Counted from the stretch's first letter, positions 27,920 to 37,816 are shown. The stretch is DNA of 56,493 nt from Candidatus Dojkabacteria bacterium (GCA_025061805.1 JANWZV010000001.1:60498-116990); one strand, 5' to 3'. Notes: generated by a model not told the origin, from the letters alone. Numbers and translations: made by a program.

Positions 27920-28444
27920 TTACAAAAATTCGAGTTTATACCAGATACCGCCCCATAAAGAATCTGGATATAAGAAAGGAAAAATATTTTCTATATTTAA
28001 GAAATGGATTCCACTTGAATTTGTTCTTATCAAAATTTCATCCCAAGCTTGATCTAAATTTCCTGGTCTACAATATATAGAATTATCTAGTTTTGGATCT
28101 GGCATATATTGTGGTCCACAAATACGTATTTTTGTATTCCATTTGACTCTAATTCTTTTTTGTCCATCTTTTGTTTTTATTTCGGGAACACTCCATGGAT
28201 CTTTAGAACACCAAATAATCAAGTCAAGAAATTCTCTTGGTGCCCAGAAAGTATCTATGTCTATATTGGGATATATGCTAAGCAATCTTTTTCTAAATTC
28301 GTTGTATTTGTAACCGCCCAAACTTATCAGGACAAAACTGCTATTGTTGATGAGATTGATTTGCCAAACATGTCCGACTCCATTTAAAAAATACAAGTTG
28401 TCTGGAGAAACAGAAGGAATGATAACATTCGGCGGCAACATCAT
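27920..28444 (-). CDS. Hypothetical protein (174 aa) adjacent to the gp4-like gene
   Basis: ORF from the track. Confidence 0.6.
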   Translation of the reverse strand: MMLPPNVIIPSVSPDNLYFLNGVGHVWQINLINNSSFVLISLGGYKYNEFRKRLLSIYPNIDIDTFWAPREFLDLIIWCSKDPWSVPEIKTKDGQKRIRVKWNTKIRICGPQYMPDPKLDNSIYCRPGNLDQAWDEILIRTNSSGIHFLNIENIFPFLYPDSLWGGIWYKLEFL

Positions 28445-28478
28445 GTTAAATTTTATTTAACTTTTTTAAAATATTTTT

Positions 28479-28898
28479 TCAAAAAGAAAAAATTTGTTTT
28501 TCTGTTATTATTTTAAATTCAATGTTATAAATTTTACACCAAACTTCTGCTGCTTTCCATTTTGCTTGATTTATCAAATTTTGCATTTTGTCATTTTTTG
28601 ATTTTGCTTCTGTGATTACTGATTGCGAAAGAGGTTTTATTTCAATTAAATAATTTCTTTTTTTTCCATTTTTGTCGATGACAGAAACAAAAAAATCTGG
28701 AATATATATCGTGTATTTTCCCGTCAATGGACTTCTATATGGTATTTTTATCGATTCGGAAGCCCAATTTATGACATTTGGATGCATATCCAAATATCTC
28801 ATGAAATTGTATTCCCATGAACTTCTGTATATCGGTTCATTTTTTCCTATATATTTTTTCTTGTTTATGATTACGTATTTTCCCTTGAATGTTTTCAT
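28479..28898 (-). CDS. Head completion protein, T4 gp4-like (PD-(D/E)XK-type fold)
   Basis: YRSSWEYNFMRYLDMHPNVINWASESIKIPY...YIPDFFV...YLIEIKP matches the gp4-like pattern (S.WE....LD....V..W..E...IpY...Y.PDF...liEvKP). Confidence 0.55.
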   Translation of the reverse strand: MKTFKGKYVIINKKKYIGKNEPIYRSSWEYNFMRYLDMHPNVINWASESIKIPYRSPLTGKYTIYIPDFFVSVIDKNGKKRNYLIEIKPLSQSVITEAKSKNDKMQNLINQAKWKAAEVWCKIYNIEFKIITEKQIFSF

Positions 28899-30676
28899 TA
28901 TATGTTGTTGGTATTCAATAATGATTGTATTACGTTATAATCGATAGAATTATTCGAATCCAACCAAGAAACTTGACCTTTGTTTGGATTTATTTTTAAT
29001 TTTGGTTTGTTTTCGTCCTTGACATTCACTATCTTTTTACCGGATTCGTGTATAGGATATCCTTCTATATCTATATTTTGATCATCTATGTTTGTGGGTT
29101 TTCCTCCTATATCATATTTGTAAAATTGATTTCCTAGAGATATTTCCATATTGAAACTATAATCCGATTCTTCTTGTCCCAACACACCCTGTTGAACAGA
29201 ATAATTTACGTAAGATTTGTTTATTTGATCTAATGATATGACATTTATCTTGTTTTTTTGCGATTCTGGAACCAAATTATATCTATTTACTACATCTATA
29301 GGAGATAATCCGGTTATTTTCGATATTTCGGAAATTTTATTGGCAACGATATACATCATTTTTTTGTCTTTTATTCCTAAATTACTGACCAATCCTATTA
29401 TCAAATCGTGTTCATTTCCTAATTTGGAAGATACATTTTTTTCTTCAGCATATTTTTCATGTATGATTTCTTTTTTTATATCATTGAGAATCGGGTTTGT
29501 CCCTGGAATTCTGAAATTTCCTATTCTTCCGGCTATTCCATTAACTTCCAGGTTATTTATTCTGGGAACATTTCTTAAAGAAGAAAAAGGACCGTTAAAT
29601 AAGCTTGTTATTCCTGTTCTAAATCTATTATCGCTAAGAGAACTGCCATAATTTACGCCGCCTATTAAGTTAGTTGTTTTTTCAAGAGATAAAATATCTT
29701 TTGATACATTTTCTATGGTATTTGCTTCTGATAAATTCGGTCTGAATCTATCTAATCCTGTTTTTTGAACTATATTGAAATCTTCCTTTATGTTTACGTT
29801 TTTTTTCTTGAAAGGATAGTTTTTGACTTTTATTCTTTCTTCTTCTGGAAGATAGGCAGAATCTTTTGAATCTGGATTTTCTCCGTTTAATATGAGGGAT
29901 CCGATATCAGATCTTTCTATTAAATCTGTTTGCAAGACAAAATCTTCTGGCCAAATAACAGCTTCATAATCTACCGTTATTGTTGTCGTAGATATCGAGT
30001 TTGTGTCTGTGGCATCCAAATCCGAAGGCTCGAATCTGGAAATTATAGGATTTACCAATCTATAACACGATGCGACGTTACAACCAAAAGTTATTATGTC
30101 AATAGAATTGAAATGTCTGAAGGAACTTGCCGATTTATAGGGATTAGATGGGTTTATTCCAGATAATGGAGGATTGAAACCAAACCATTTCAAGACATCG
30201 GATCTTCTTATTCTCGAATTAATATCTATTATACCAGAAAAATCCGAATTTATTTTTTCGAAAACTTCTTCTATACTTTCTCCGTCCCAATCTTTTCTAC
30301 TTGTTGCTGTTGGTTCCCCATAATACCATTTGTAATAATCGATGAAATATGCAATGACTCTATCATCGTAAGTATCATAAAAGGTTATGGAAACAGGTTC
30401 AAATCTATGTGTTTTTTGTACGATTCTTTTTTTATTATATTGGGATAAGGTTTCTATATCGAAATTTATTCTTGGTCTGTCTACTCTTTGAACCAAAAAA
30501 GATATTCCTTTTTCCATGTCATTTATTTCATTGATTGGATCCGATTTTATTGGAACATATCCCGGGTTGAATTTAACGAAATAAAGAAATTTCGCTTTAG
30601 GAAATCTATTTAAAATTTCGTTTTTTGTTCCGAAATTTTTCGAAGCAAATCTAGGATCTCTTAAAAATGTAGACAT
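28898..30676 (-). CDS. Baseplate/tail-tube-associated protein with a gp54/gp48/gp19-type tube-fold N-terminus (about 592 aa)
   Basis: The start was moved to ATG 30676 (MSTFLRDPRFASKNF...) to avoid overlapping the divergent fibre gene. FLYFVKFN...VQRVDRPRINFDIETLSQYNKKRIV...FEPVSITFYD follows the tube-fold pattern seen in T4 gp54. Confidence 0.4.
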   Translation of the reverse strand: MSTFLRDPRFASKNFGTKNEILNRFPKAKFLYFVKFNPGYVPIKSDPINEINDMEKGISFLVQRVDRPRINFDIETLSQYNKKRIVQKTHRFEPVSITFYDTYDDRVIAYFIDYYKWYYGEPTATSRKDWDGESIEEVFEKINSDFSGIIDINSRIRRSDVLKWFGFNPPLSGINPSNPYKSASSFRHFNSIDIITFGCNVASCYRLVNPIISRFEPSDLDATDTNSISTTTITVDYEAVIWPEDFVLQTDLIERSDIGSLILNGENPDSKDSAYLPEEERIKVKNYPFKKKNVNIKEDFNIVQKTGLDRFRPNLSEANTIENVSKDILSLEKTTNLIGGVNYGSSLSDNRFRTGITSLFNGPFSSLRNVPRINNLEVNGIAGRIGNFRIPGTNPILNDIKKEIIHEKYAEEKNVSSKLGNEHDLIIGLVSNLGIKDKKMMYIVANKISEISKITGLSPIDVVNRYNLVPESQKNKINVISLDQINKSYVNYSVQQGVLGQEESDYSFNMEISLGNQFYKYDIGGKPTNIDDQNIDIEGYPIHESGKKIVNVKDENKPKLKINPNKGQVSWLDSNNSIDYNVIQSLLNTNNI

Positions 30677-30687
30677 CTTTATTTTAA

Positions 30688-30695
30688 TATTTATT
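30688..30695 (-). promoter_or_regulatory. AATAAATA motif upstream of the gene starting at 30676
   Basis: The plus strand reads TATTTATT. The motif lies 11 nt before the ATG. Confidence 0.35.
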
Positions 30696-30735
30696 AATAT
30701 TTTTTTCATGTTTTTTGTTATATTTTTTTTCAAAA

Positions 30736-30743
30736 AATAAATA
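30736..30743 (+). promoter_or_regulatory. AATAAATA motif upstream of the fibre gene at 30767
   Basis: Exact 8-mer located 23 nt before the ATG. Confidence 0.4.
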
Positions 30744-30766
30744 AAATACGTAAGATAAAAAATACG

Positions 30767-33520
30767 ATGAGTACTAGACATGGAAGAATAACATTCGAAG
30801 GAGAAAATAGGACACGCGATGGTATTGAAGTTTCTCCAGGATCTCCTGGTAAGGATTTTGTACTAATAACGGGAATAGGTGATTCTGGTTCTGTTTCTGG
30901 CTCTGTATTTATATCTTCTGGTAATAATACTTCGGGCGGAGATTCCGGAACTGTTGTTTTAAGAACGGGCAATGCGAACAATGCAACCAGCGGCTCCTTA
31001 TTCTTAATAACTGGTGCTGGAATTAATGCAAATTCAGGAAATATATCAATAAGAACATCAGATACATCAGCTTCGAATCAATCGGGTAATATAAATATAA
31101 TAACTGGAAATTCCGGACAATCCGGTGAAATTGTCATAAGAACTGGGATATCTTCTTCCGGAAGTTCGGGAAATATTGATATTGCTACTGGCCTCAGCAC
31201 GACAAATGTAGGAAATATAAACATATCGACTCCTGCAAAACAAACTGCTCTAGGCGGAAACATAAATTTGAATTCTTCCGATGCTATCGGGGCGGGTTTA
31301 CCAGGAAACATAGAAATACAAGCGGGGTCATCTCTTCCTTCATCTTTTTCCCCTGGTGGTGAAGTTCTGATAAGAGGCGGAAATTCAGATTTGAATAACG
31401 GTGGTAGAGTAAGAATCATTGCTGGAGATACTACAGGGTCTAATGGTGGAAATGTAGAAATAAGAAGCGGTAATGCTTTACAGCCATTTCCTACAAATGG
31501 AGGGAGTATATTTTTAATTAGTGGCGGAACAGAATCTGTTTCTTTTTCTAATTCAACAGGATCGATATTAATAAGAACAGAGAGCACTTCTTTATCTTTT
31601 CCTAATCCTTCAACCGGAAATATAACAATAGAAACCGGATCGACATTTTCGTCTAATGCTCCGACAGGAAGAATAGTATTAAGAACCGGAGATACTTTTT
31701 TTGATAATTTTGCAAATACAGGAGAAATAGAAATTTCTACAGGAAACGCGAATTTGGATGGAACAACAGGAAATCTGTTGTTTAGTACGGGTTCTGCTGT
31801 TTCTTTGGGCGGAGAATCCGGTAGTATTTTGATATTTACAGGAGATGCATTTGATGATGTCGGATCTATTTCAATATTAGGTGGAAGCACTGGGAATGGA
31901 ACTTCATTAGGATCAGCAGGTGATTTATTTTTATATGCGGGTTCTGCATTCTCGACATCTTTGTCAAGAGGAGGAGAAATACAAATTTCCGGCGGTTATT
32001 CCCAAAATAGATCGGGAGGAGATATTTTTATTTCTGGCGGAACTTCTGATTCTTCATTTTTTAGTGATAACGGAGGAAATATTGAAATTAGATCTGGTAT
32101 ATCAACGAACAATGCATCAGGTGGAAGCATCTCAATAATAACAGGTTATTCTCAAAATTACATTTCTGGTTCAATTGAGATAAGAACTGGTAATTCACTG
32201 GCTTCTACTGTATCAGATTCAGGCAATATAAGTATATCTACGGGAAACATAACAGATGGTAATTTTTCGGGAAATGTTACTATTACAACTGGTGATGTTA
32301 CCGGCCCAAACGGTTTTCCTGGAAATGTTATCATATCTACGGGCACTGCGAACAATTTTAATCCATCCGGAAACATTTTTATTTCAAGTGGAGATTCGTT
32401 TTCTAGTTCGAGTGGGACAACAACGATAAGAACTGGTTCTTCTGCGGTAAGTGCAGGAACTCTAAGAATAATTTCTGGAGATGCAATAACAAATTCAAGC
32501 GCTGTTCCGGGAGGCGTCATTATACAGGGAGGACAATCCGTTACGCCATCGAATTCTCCTGGAGGTAATGTAGAAATATCTGGAGGAAATTCCTTTAATT
32601 CTGATGGTGGTTCCGTTTCTATAACTGGCGGACAAACTTTCTCTAATTCAGTATTAAATTATGGTGGAAATGTTGGAATAGTTGGTGGTTCCGGTAGTTT
32701 TTTCGGAAATGGAGGAAATGTCGATATTATTGGAGGGCCCGGCGGAACAATAAGTGGTAATGGAGGAAATATAAATATACTTTCTGGTTTTACTTTAGGA
32801 GGAACAACAACAGGAAATATAACAATATCTACTGCAACACCGTTTTCTTCTAATGCTGATAGTGGTTCTATATCGATAATAGCGGGGAATAGAACTGGAT
32901 CTGGAACTGCTGGTAGTATAAATTTAGTTACACATCAGGGTTCACCTGTTAGAATTTATTCTTTAACTGCCAATAACCCAGAGCTTAGAATTTATGATTC
33001 AAACGGTTTGACAAATTATATTGGGTTGAGAACCCCTGCCTTATTAGGTGTTTCCAGAACTTATGTGTTGCCGCCCGATTATCCACTAAATAGTGGCCAA
33101 GGTTTAACTTGTGATACATCCGGTATTTTGGAATGGAGATTCCTTGGATTTTTTGACGATGGGACGTTCCATACCAGCGAACAGATTTATACTATAACTA
33201 CAACCACTGCTACAACCGCAGATTTATATACTTTTCCGGCAGCTACCAATAGAGTCATTTTTGTTGAAACATTTGTTATAGCTAGGGAAATCACGCCGAC
33301 TCCAGTAAATTCAGCAGCATATATTAGAAGAGCTAGAATAGCTTATGATGGCGTAGGAAATCCTACGGTAAATGGTTTGGTTGCGGAATATACGAACGAG
33401 GCAGTTGCTGCTTGGGATCATACTATAGCGGTTGTTGCTGGCTTAGCGAGATTAAGAGTCACTGGAGCCGCTGGTGCAACTATACGATGGTTCGGTAGAG
33501 TAAAAATATCTTACACTTAA
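30767..33520 (+). CDS. Large G/S/N/T/I-rich repeat protein (917 aa), probable beta-helical tail fibre or adhesin
   Basis: It has dozens of degenerate roughly 17-22-aa units of the form GG(N/S)(I/V)xIx(S/T)G, for example GGNIEIRSGIS, SGNISIRTSD and GNINIITGNSG. The last roughly 200 aa are non-repetitive (...LTCDTSGILEWRFLG...). Confidence 0.55.
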   Translation: MSTRHGRITFEGENRTRDGIEVSPGSPGKDFVLITGIGDSGSVSGSVFISSGNNTSGGDSGTVVLRTGNANNATSGSLFLITGAGINANSGNISIRTSDTSASNQSGNINIITGNSGQSGEIVIRTGISSSGSSGNIDIATGLSTTNVGNINISTPAKQTALGGNINLNSSDAIGAGLPGNIEIQAGSSLPSSFSPGGEVLIRGGNSDLNNGGRVRIIAGDTTGSNGGNVEIRSGNALQPFPTNGGSIFLISGGTESVSFSNSTGSILIRTESTSLSFPNPSTGNITIETGSTFSSNAPTGRIVLRTGDTFFDNFANTGEIEISTGNANLDGTTGNLLFSTGSAVSLGGESGSILIFTGDAFDDVGSISILGGSTGNGTSLGSAGDLFLYAGSAFSTSLSRGGEIQISGGYSQNRSGGDIFISGGTSDSSFFSDNGGNIEIRSGISTNNASGGSISIITGYSQNYISGSIEIRTGNSLASTVSDSGNISISTGNITDGNFSGNVTITTGDVTGPNGFPGNVIISTGTANNFNPSGNIFISSGDSFSSSSGTTTIRTGSSAVSAGTLRIISGDAITNSSAVPGGVIIQGGQSVTPSNSPGGNVEISGGNSFNSDGGSVSITGGQTFSNSVLNYGGNVGIVGGSGSFFGNGGNVDIIGGPGGTISGNGGNINILSGFTLGGTTTGNITISTATPFSSNADSGSISIIAGNRTGSGTAGSINLVTHQGSPVRIYSLTANNPELRIYDSNGLTNYIGLRTPALLGVSRTYVLPPDYPLNSGQGLTCDTSGILEWRFLGFFDDGTFHTSEQIYTITTTTATTADLYTFPAATNRVIFVETFVIAREITPTPVNSAAYIRRARIAYDGVGNPTVNGLVAEYTNEAVAAWDHTIAVVAGLARLRVTGAAGATIRWFGRVKISYT

Positions 33521-33541
33521 TGTTTTTTTATTGTTTCTTAA

Positions 33542-34411
33542 ATGTTTAGAACAGATTATATAAAAGTTTCCAACCATAAAAAAAATTTTTTTTGAATATA
33601 AAATAAATTCTAGAATATTGGACAGATGTAATTTCGATTGTATTTATTGTACAAATGATATTAAGAAAAAAGAAAATATTAAATATATTTTTTATGATTT
33701 TATGAGTAATTTCATAGATTTCGTTAAAAAAACATTTGTGAAAAAATAATTTTGAATTTTACTGGAGGTGAACCACTTTTACATCCAGAAATAGAAAAAT
33801 TTTTGCAATTGGATGTTTCCTGGATGTCAATAAATACCAATTTTTCTAAAAATGTACATTTGTTAGGAAAATATTTGGATAAAATAAGTTTAATATATAT
33901 TGGTTTTCATAAGCCTTATTGGAAAAAATGGCAATTTTTGTTCAAAAAATAGAATATTTTAAAATAGATCCAAAAAAGTTGTATTGAATATAATGGCTCA
34001 ACTACAAGATACGGTAATGAAAATAAAAAAATTTACAGAAAAAAATTTCTCATAAGAGGGTTATTATTGAAAAGAATAAGAACCAAAAATTTATCGAATG
34101 AACAAGAACGATATGATGAAAAAGACATAGATTTTTTGATCAATAATTCCAGAAAAATAAACTATATAAACGATTTAAAAATAACATATCCTGATAATTC
34201 AGAAGTTTTAATAAATGTAAATGAAATGTTAACCAGAAAATTGTGGAATTTTAGAGGATGGAAATGTTATAGTTTTTTTGAAGGGTATCTTCTTTTACCC
34301 AGTAATCTTATAGCTAATGCAAATTGTAATCAAGAAATTTTGGATTTCGACGGTTTCGTAAATTTCATAAAAAATAACAAATATTTGATTTGTAAAAAAA
34401 TAAATCAGTAA
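33542..34411 (+). pseudogene. Decayed radical SAM gene, a paralog of 37832..39019 and 39000..39941
   Basis: Homologous pieces lie in different frames: MFRTDYIKVSNHKKNFF*, then ILDRCNFDCIYCTND...VKK*, then NFTGGEPLLHPEIEKF...KK*, then NIMAQLQDTVMKIKKFTEKNF, then ...NFRGWKCYSFFEG... The first frame break falls at the A8T8 run at 33578-33593. Confidence 0.8.
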
Positions 34412-36816
34412 ACTAAGATTTCATAGGGGACTCCGAGATTTATTAATCTCGTTGCTTTTAGTTTTTGTGTAAATTTGCCCCCGGAAAAAGTTGATTCCAC
34501 ATTAGTCACGAAATATATTCCATTATAAAAATTTTCATATTGATCTATTGACAGATCCGTATTGTATATATTTTCAAAATTTTCGGGCAGACCAACTCGC
34601 AATAAAAACATGACGTATGAAGAATAATAATCCGAATTTACCGTTGAAAATCTGTTTTCTCCTCTATTTGGCCTAGAATTCCTATAATTGAAATCATCTA
34701 CTCCTAGCCAAAAAGGGTCTCCTCTTATTTCTAAATCTATAGAAATCAAATCTACGACCGAGTTCATTTCATTCAAAAGATTGGCAAAAATCAATTTTTC
34801 TCTACCATAAGAACCCGGAGAAGGACCTTCCGTGTTGTTCGATGTTTGTGATCTATTATCAAATATAGAAGGAACCACCGGTACTAAATATTTTCTGTTA
34901 TTTTTTTCTATGATTTTTTTAGATCTCAATCTACTTGATAATTCTATGTAATTTCTATCCAATAAATTTTGATCCAATCCTTTTGTTCTTCTTCTTATTT
35001 CAATCAAATTCTTGTTGAAATCGTTTGTTACCGCTCTGATAAATTTTTCCTTTACTGTTTCTTCTGAAGAAATAAATTGTGAAAGTATGTTGTTGATATC
35101 ATCGGAAAAATTGTTCAAGACTCTTCTGCCTGAATTAATTATTATTTCTCTTACGTCTTGCCTTGAAAAATCAATTGTTTTTGTTATGTTTTCAACGAAA
35201 GATGAACCAAAATTTGTCTTCCTTAATGAATTTTCAACGTTTCTTCTTATTAATTCCAAATCCAGAATCTCTTTTTCTGATTTTTCTATTTCATCTTTGA
35301 CTTCGTTGGTAATGACTATTGAAGGTTCAGCCGAATTCAATCGGTTTCTTGAATCGTATAATGGAACAGTGGATGCCCACATGTTGTTGAAATTAAGATT
35401 CAAATTCAAAACCTCTGTATTTAATCCAGTATATAGATAGTCATATCGTTTTACCAAAAGATTTCTTCTGTTTAGGTTTTTCAAAAAATCCAGATCCTTG
35501 ATTTTGTCGATTTTCTGAGCAGAATATTCTCTTATTATATATTTCGGTACTTTTTGAGGTATTATATGATATGTTATCGAGAAATTATATACATTTCTTT
35601 CTTGATCGTAATTGAGTATATCTATTTCTGATCTTATTATCCAAGTTATGAAGAAATCGGAATCATTTATTTCTGGTAATTTTCTTAAAATTTTTGCTTC
35701 TTCTGTTGAATTTATGACTTCTAGTATTATGGAAGAAATGTTTGCCCCTTTTTGTGCATGAACTGCTGTTGCATTTTTGTCTGCCATGGAAGAAGCTCTG
35801 ATATTTCTGTATGCATCAGAAGGGGGAACTATTTGCCAATTTTTTACATTTTTATCTATACTAGGAATTTTATCACCTAACTGTTCTATTTTTATATTAT
35901 TGTCTATGACGAATTCTATTCTATGGCCTTCGTTGTTTTCCAAAAACTGTTTATTAAGTGCTCTTTTGTATTCTTCTAAGAAGTCACCGAATGTTTTTAC
36001 CGGTTCTATCGTAAGATGTGCTTTATGTAGAAAAACGTTATTCCTGAAACCCATGTCATTGAATGGGATTAAATCAACGTTATAGATTGTTCCGCTTTGA
36101 TCGAAGTCTATCTCAAAATTTGTTATGGCAACTTTCCATAGCCAAGAATAAAAATTTCCTTTTAATAATTCGAAATTTTGTGTAGTGACCAAATCGGAAA
36201 TATCGAAGACTATTTCTTCTTCTCCATCGTCTCTTATTCCTACGAAATCCAAAAGTAGGAAGTATGGACATCTGGCGAAATTTTTCACTTTTAAAAGATC
36301 TGCGGCTTCTATGAGATAATCCAAAAGAGATATACCTATTGGTTCAAATATCTTTAGAGTAAATTTCGTTACGAATGTATTCGAATTCCAGAATCCGCTA
36401 TTCACAAGATTTTCGGTTGTTACTTCTTTTATATTCAGACTAGTAGATCCTGTTTCGCATATTATTATGCCTTTGTTGGTTAAAACCGAATTTATTATCG
36501 TGTTTTTATCTACAAAAGGATCACTGAATAAATCTTCGGAAGTCATGAAAAAACGCCATCTATAAGTATAGGAATTATACTTTATGAAAGGATTATTTTT
36601 CCAAACGAATTTAGTTTTCGATTTGTTCAATTCTTTCTCTAAGAGATCGTTTCTTATGTTGTTTCTTATTTCTTCTCTTCTAAAATCTTCTTCTCTTCCG
36701 AATGGAACAATCTCCGGTATGGGATCGTTGTTTATTATGTTTGATCTATATCTTCGTATCAAATCTTCACTATCAAAATTCAAATTTCTTAATCTGTCGT
36801 TGAAATTTATAGCCAT
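34405..36816 (-). CDS. Large protein of the baseplate module (803 aa); function unassigned, possibly hub-like
   Basis: It lies immediately downstream of the gp48/54-like and gp53-like genes in one operon. The C-terminus YFVTNVESTFSGGKFTQKLKATR resembles the end of a tube or hub fold. Confidence 0.5.
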   Translation of the reverse strand: MAINFNDRLRNLNFDSEDLIRRYRSNIINNDPIPEIVPFGREEDFRREEIRNNIRNDLLEKELNKSKTKFVWKNNPFIKYNSYTYRWRFFMTSEDLFSDPFVDKNTIINSVLTNKGIIICETGSTSLNIKEVTTENLVNSGFWNSNTFVTKFTLKIFEPIGISLLDYLIEAADLLKVKNFARCPYFLLLDFVGIRDDGEEEIVFDISDLVTTQNFELLKGNFYSWLWKVAITNFEIDFDQSGTIYNVDLIPFNDMGFRNNVFLHKAHLTIEPVKTFGDFLEEYKRALNKQFLENNEGHRIEFVIDNNIKIEQLGDKIPSIDKNVKNWQIVPPSDAYRNIRASSMADKNATAVHAQKGANISSIILEVINSTEEAKILRKLPEINDSDFFITWIIRSEIDILNYDQERNVYNFSITYHIIPQKVPKYIIREYSAQKIDKIKDLDFLKNLNRRNLLVKRYDYLYTGLNTEVLNLNLNFNNMWASTVPLYDSRNRLNSAEPSIVITNEVKDEIEKSEKEILDLELIRRNVENSLRKTNFGSSFVENITKTIDFSRQDVREIIINSGRRVLNNFSDDINNILSQFISSEETVKEKFIRAVTNDFNKNLIEIRRRTKGLDQNLLDRNYIELSSRLRSKKIIEKNNRKYLVPVVPSIFDNRSQTSNNTEGPSPGSYGREKLIFANLLNEMNSVVDLISIDLEIRGDPFWLGVDDFNYRNSRPNRGENRFSTVNSDYYSSYVMFLLRVGLPENFENIYNTDLSIDQYENFYNGIYFVTNVESTFSGGKFTQKLKATRLINLGVPYEILVY

Positions 36817-36818
36817 TT

Positions 36819-37148
36819 TTATCCTTTTAGATATATTGATAGTCTTGATTTTGTCGGATAAAAAATTTCCAAACCAGGTTTAAAATCAAATATTGGATCT
36901 TTTATCTTATCCATATTTCTGTTAACGAATACCCACCATAATCTTGAATCGCCATATAGATCAAATGCCAATAAATCTGGTCTATTTTCGTATTTCGATG
37001 AAAGTATGATCGATTGATCGCTGTCATCTATGGGTATTTTTCTGAAATTAAAATAAGTCAAAAAAAATTCGTTTTGTTCTGATTCATAATAAGGCGACGT
37101 AGGGGGATAATTCACTATTGCCATGTTATCTATATCCTTTCTTGACAA
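36819..37148 (-). CDS. Baseplate wedge gp53-like / LysM-like tail protein (109 aa)
   Basis: YENRPDLLAFDLYGDSRLWWVFVNRNMDKIKDPIFDFKPGLEIFYP matches the pattern RpDllA..lYgd..lWWvi...N...DPi.df..G..i..P. Confidence 0.45.
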   Translation of the reverse strand: MSRKDIDNMAIVNYPPTSPYYESEQNEFFLTYFNFRKIPIDDSDQSIILSSKYENRPDLLAFDLYGDSRLWWVFVNRNMDKIKDPIFDFKPGLEIFYPTKSRLSIYLKG

Positions 37149-37752
37149 GCTCTCCTGATTTGAATTTTTCCAAATTGAATTCGACCAAATAATCTATTGG
37201 TTTTCTTTGAACTTTTAAAACTAAAACATAATTAACCACAGAAGGCAAATAACCCAAAACTTCGTCTATGTTATATGTATTTATGACTTCTATGACATCT
37301 ACATTATTGGAAAAATTTACATTGAAAGATTCGACAATAACTGGAACACCATTGAACACATATTTGCCATATCCGTAAAAATATAGAATAGGAGGAGGAG
37401 TTCCTCTTAATGGATCATTTGCTCCGAATCTCATCATCGTCAAAGATGTCAGACAATGAAAAACCGCCAAAGCATAATGAGCCTCTCTTGATGTTTGACA
37501 ACTATAGATTCCATCTATGTTTATCGATAAATTGCTTCTTTTGTTGAAAAAATTTTGAACATCGTTAACATGTGTCAAATCCATAGTTCCATATTCTGCA
37601 CTAAAAGTTAAATTTATATTAGGTGTGTAAGGGAAAATTATCCCTTTCGAATTCTCTACCAATGGTCTAGTCAAATCTCCCGAACCATATACTTTTAATT
37701 CTTGGCCCGGTGCTGCCAATAATCTAAACCTATGATCTTTTTGTTCCGCCAT
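37126..37752 (-). CDS. Baseplate tail-tube cap/initiator-like protein (T4 gp48/gp54 family)
   Basis: GIIFPYTPNINLTFSAEY...THVN...INIDGIY...REAHYALAVFHCL...MRFGANDPLRGTPPPILYFYGYGKYVFNGVPVIVESF fits the tube-cap family pattern. Confidence 0.45.
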   Translation of the reverse strand: MAEQKDHRFRLLAAPGQELKVYGSGDLTRPLVENSKGIIFPYTPNINLTFSAEYGTMDLTHVNDVQNFFNKRSNLSINIDGIYSCQTSREAHYALAVFHCLTSLTMMRFGANDPLRGTPPPILYFYGYGKYVFNGVPVIVESFNVNFSNNVDVIEVINTYNIDEVLGYLPSVVNYVLVLKVQRKPIDYLVEFNLEKFKSGELVKKGYR

Positions 37753-37761
37753 ACTTTAAAT

Positions 37762-37769
37762 TATTTATT
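37762..37769 (-). promoter_or_regulatory. AATAAATA motif upstream of the baseplate operon (start 37752)
   Basis: The plus strand reads TATTTATT. The motif lies 9 nt before the ATG. Confidence 0.35.
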
Positions 37770-37816
37770 AACAATTTTTTCGCTTATTTTTCTAAAAAAT
37801 CAAGCTTTTATTGTTA

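Noticed and set aside
30677-30781. N-terminal extension of the minus-strand gene to 30781 (the track's 627-aa version)
   Set aside because: The extension (MSSTHRIFYLTYFIYFLKKNITKN...) overlaps the start of the divergent fibre gene and both promoter-like motifs. The homology-like tube-fold sequence begins at MSTFLRDPRF (ATG 30676).
31078-32520. Long minus-strand ORFs (31078..31890, 270 aa; 32158..32520, 120 aa) inside the fibre gene
   Set aside because: They are antisense shadows of the G/S/N/T repeat gene. The repeat codons (GGN, AAT, ATT and similar) lack reverse-complement stops. The products are low-complexity P/V/F/I strings with no start context.
30767-33520. Diversity-generating retroelement targeting the fibre C-terminus
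   Set aside because: The window contains no reverse transcriptase gene and no template/variable repeat pair.
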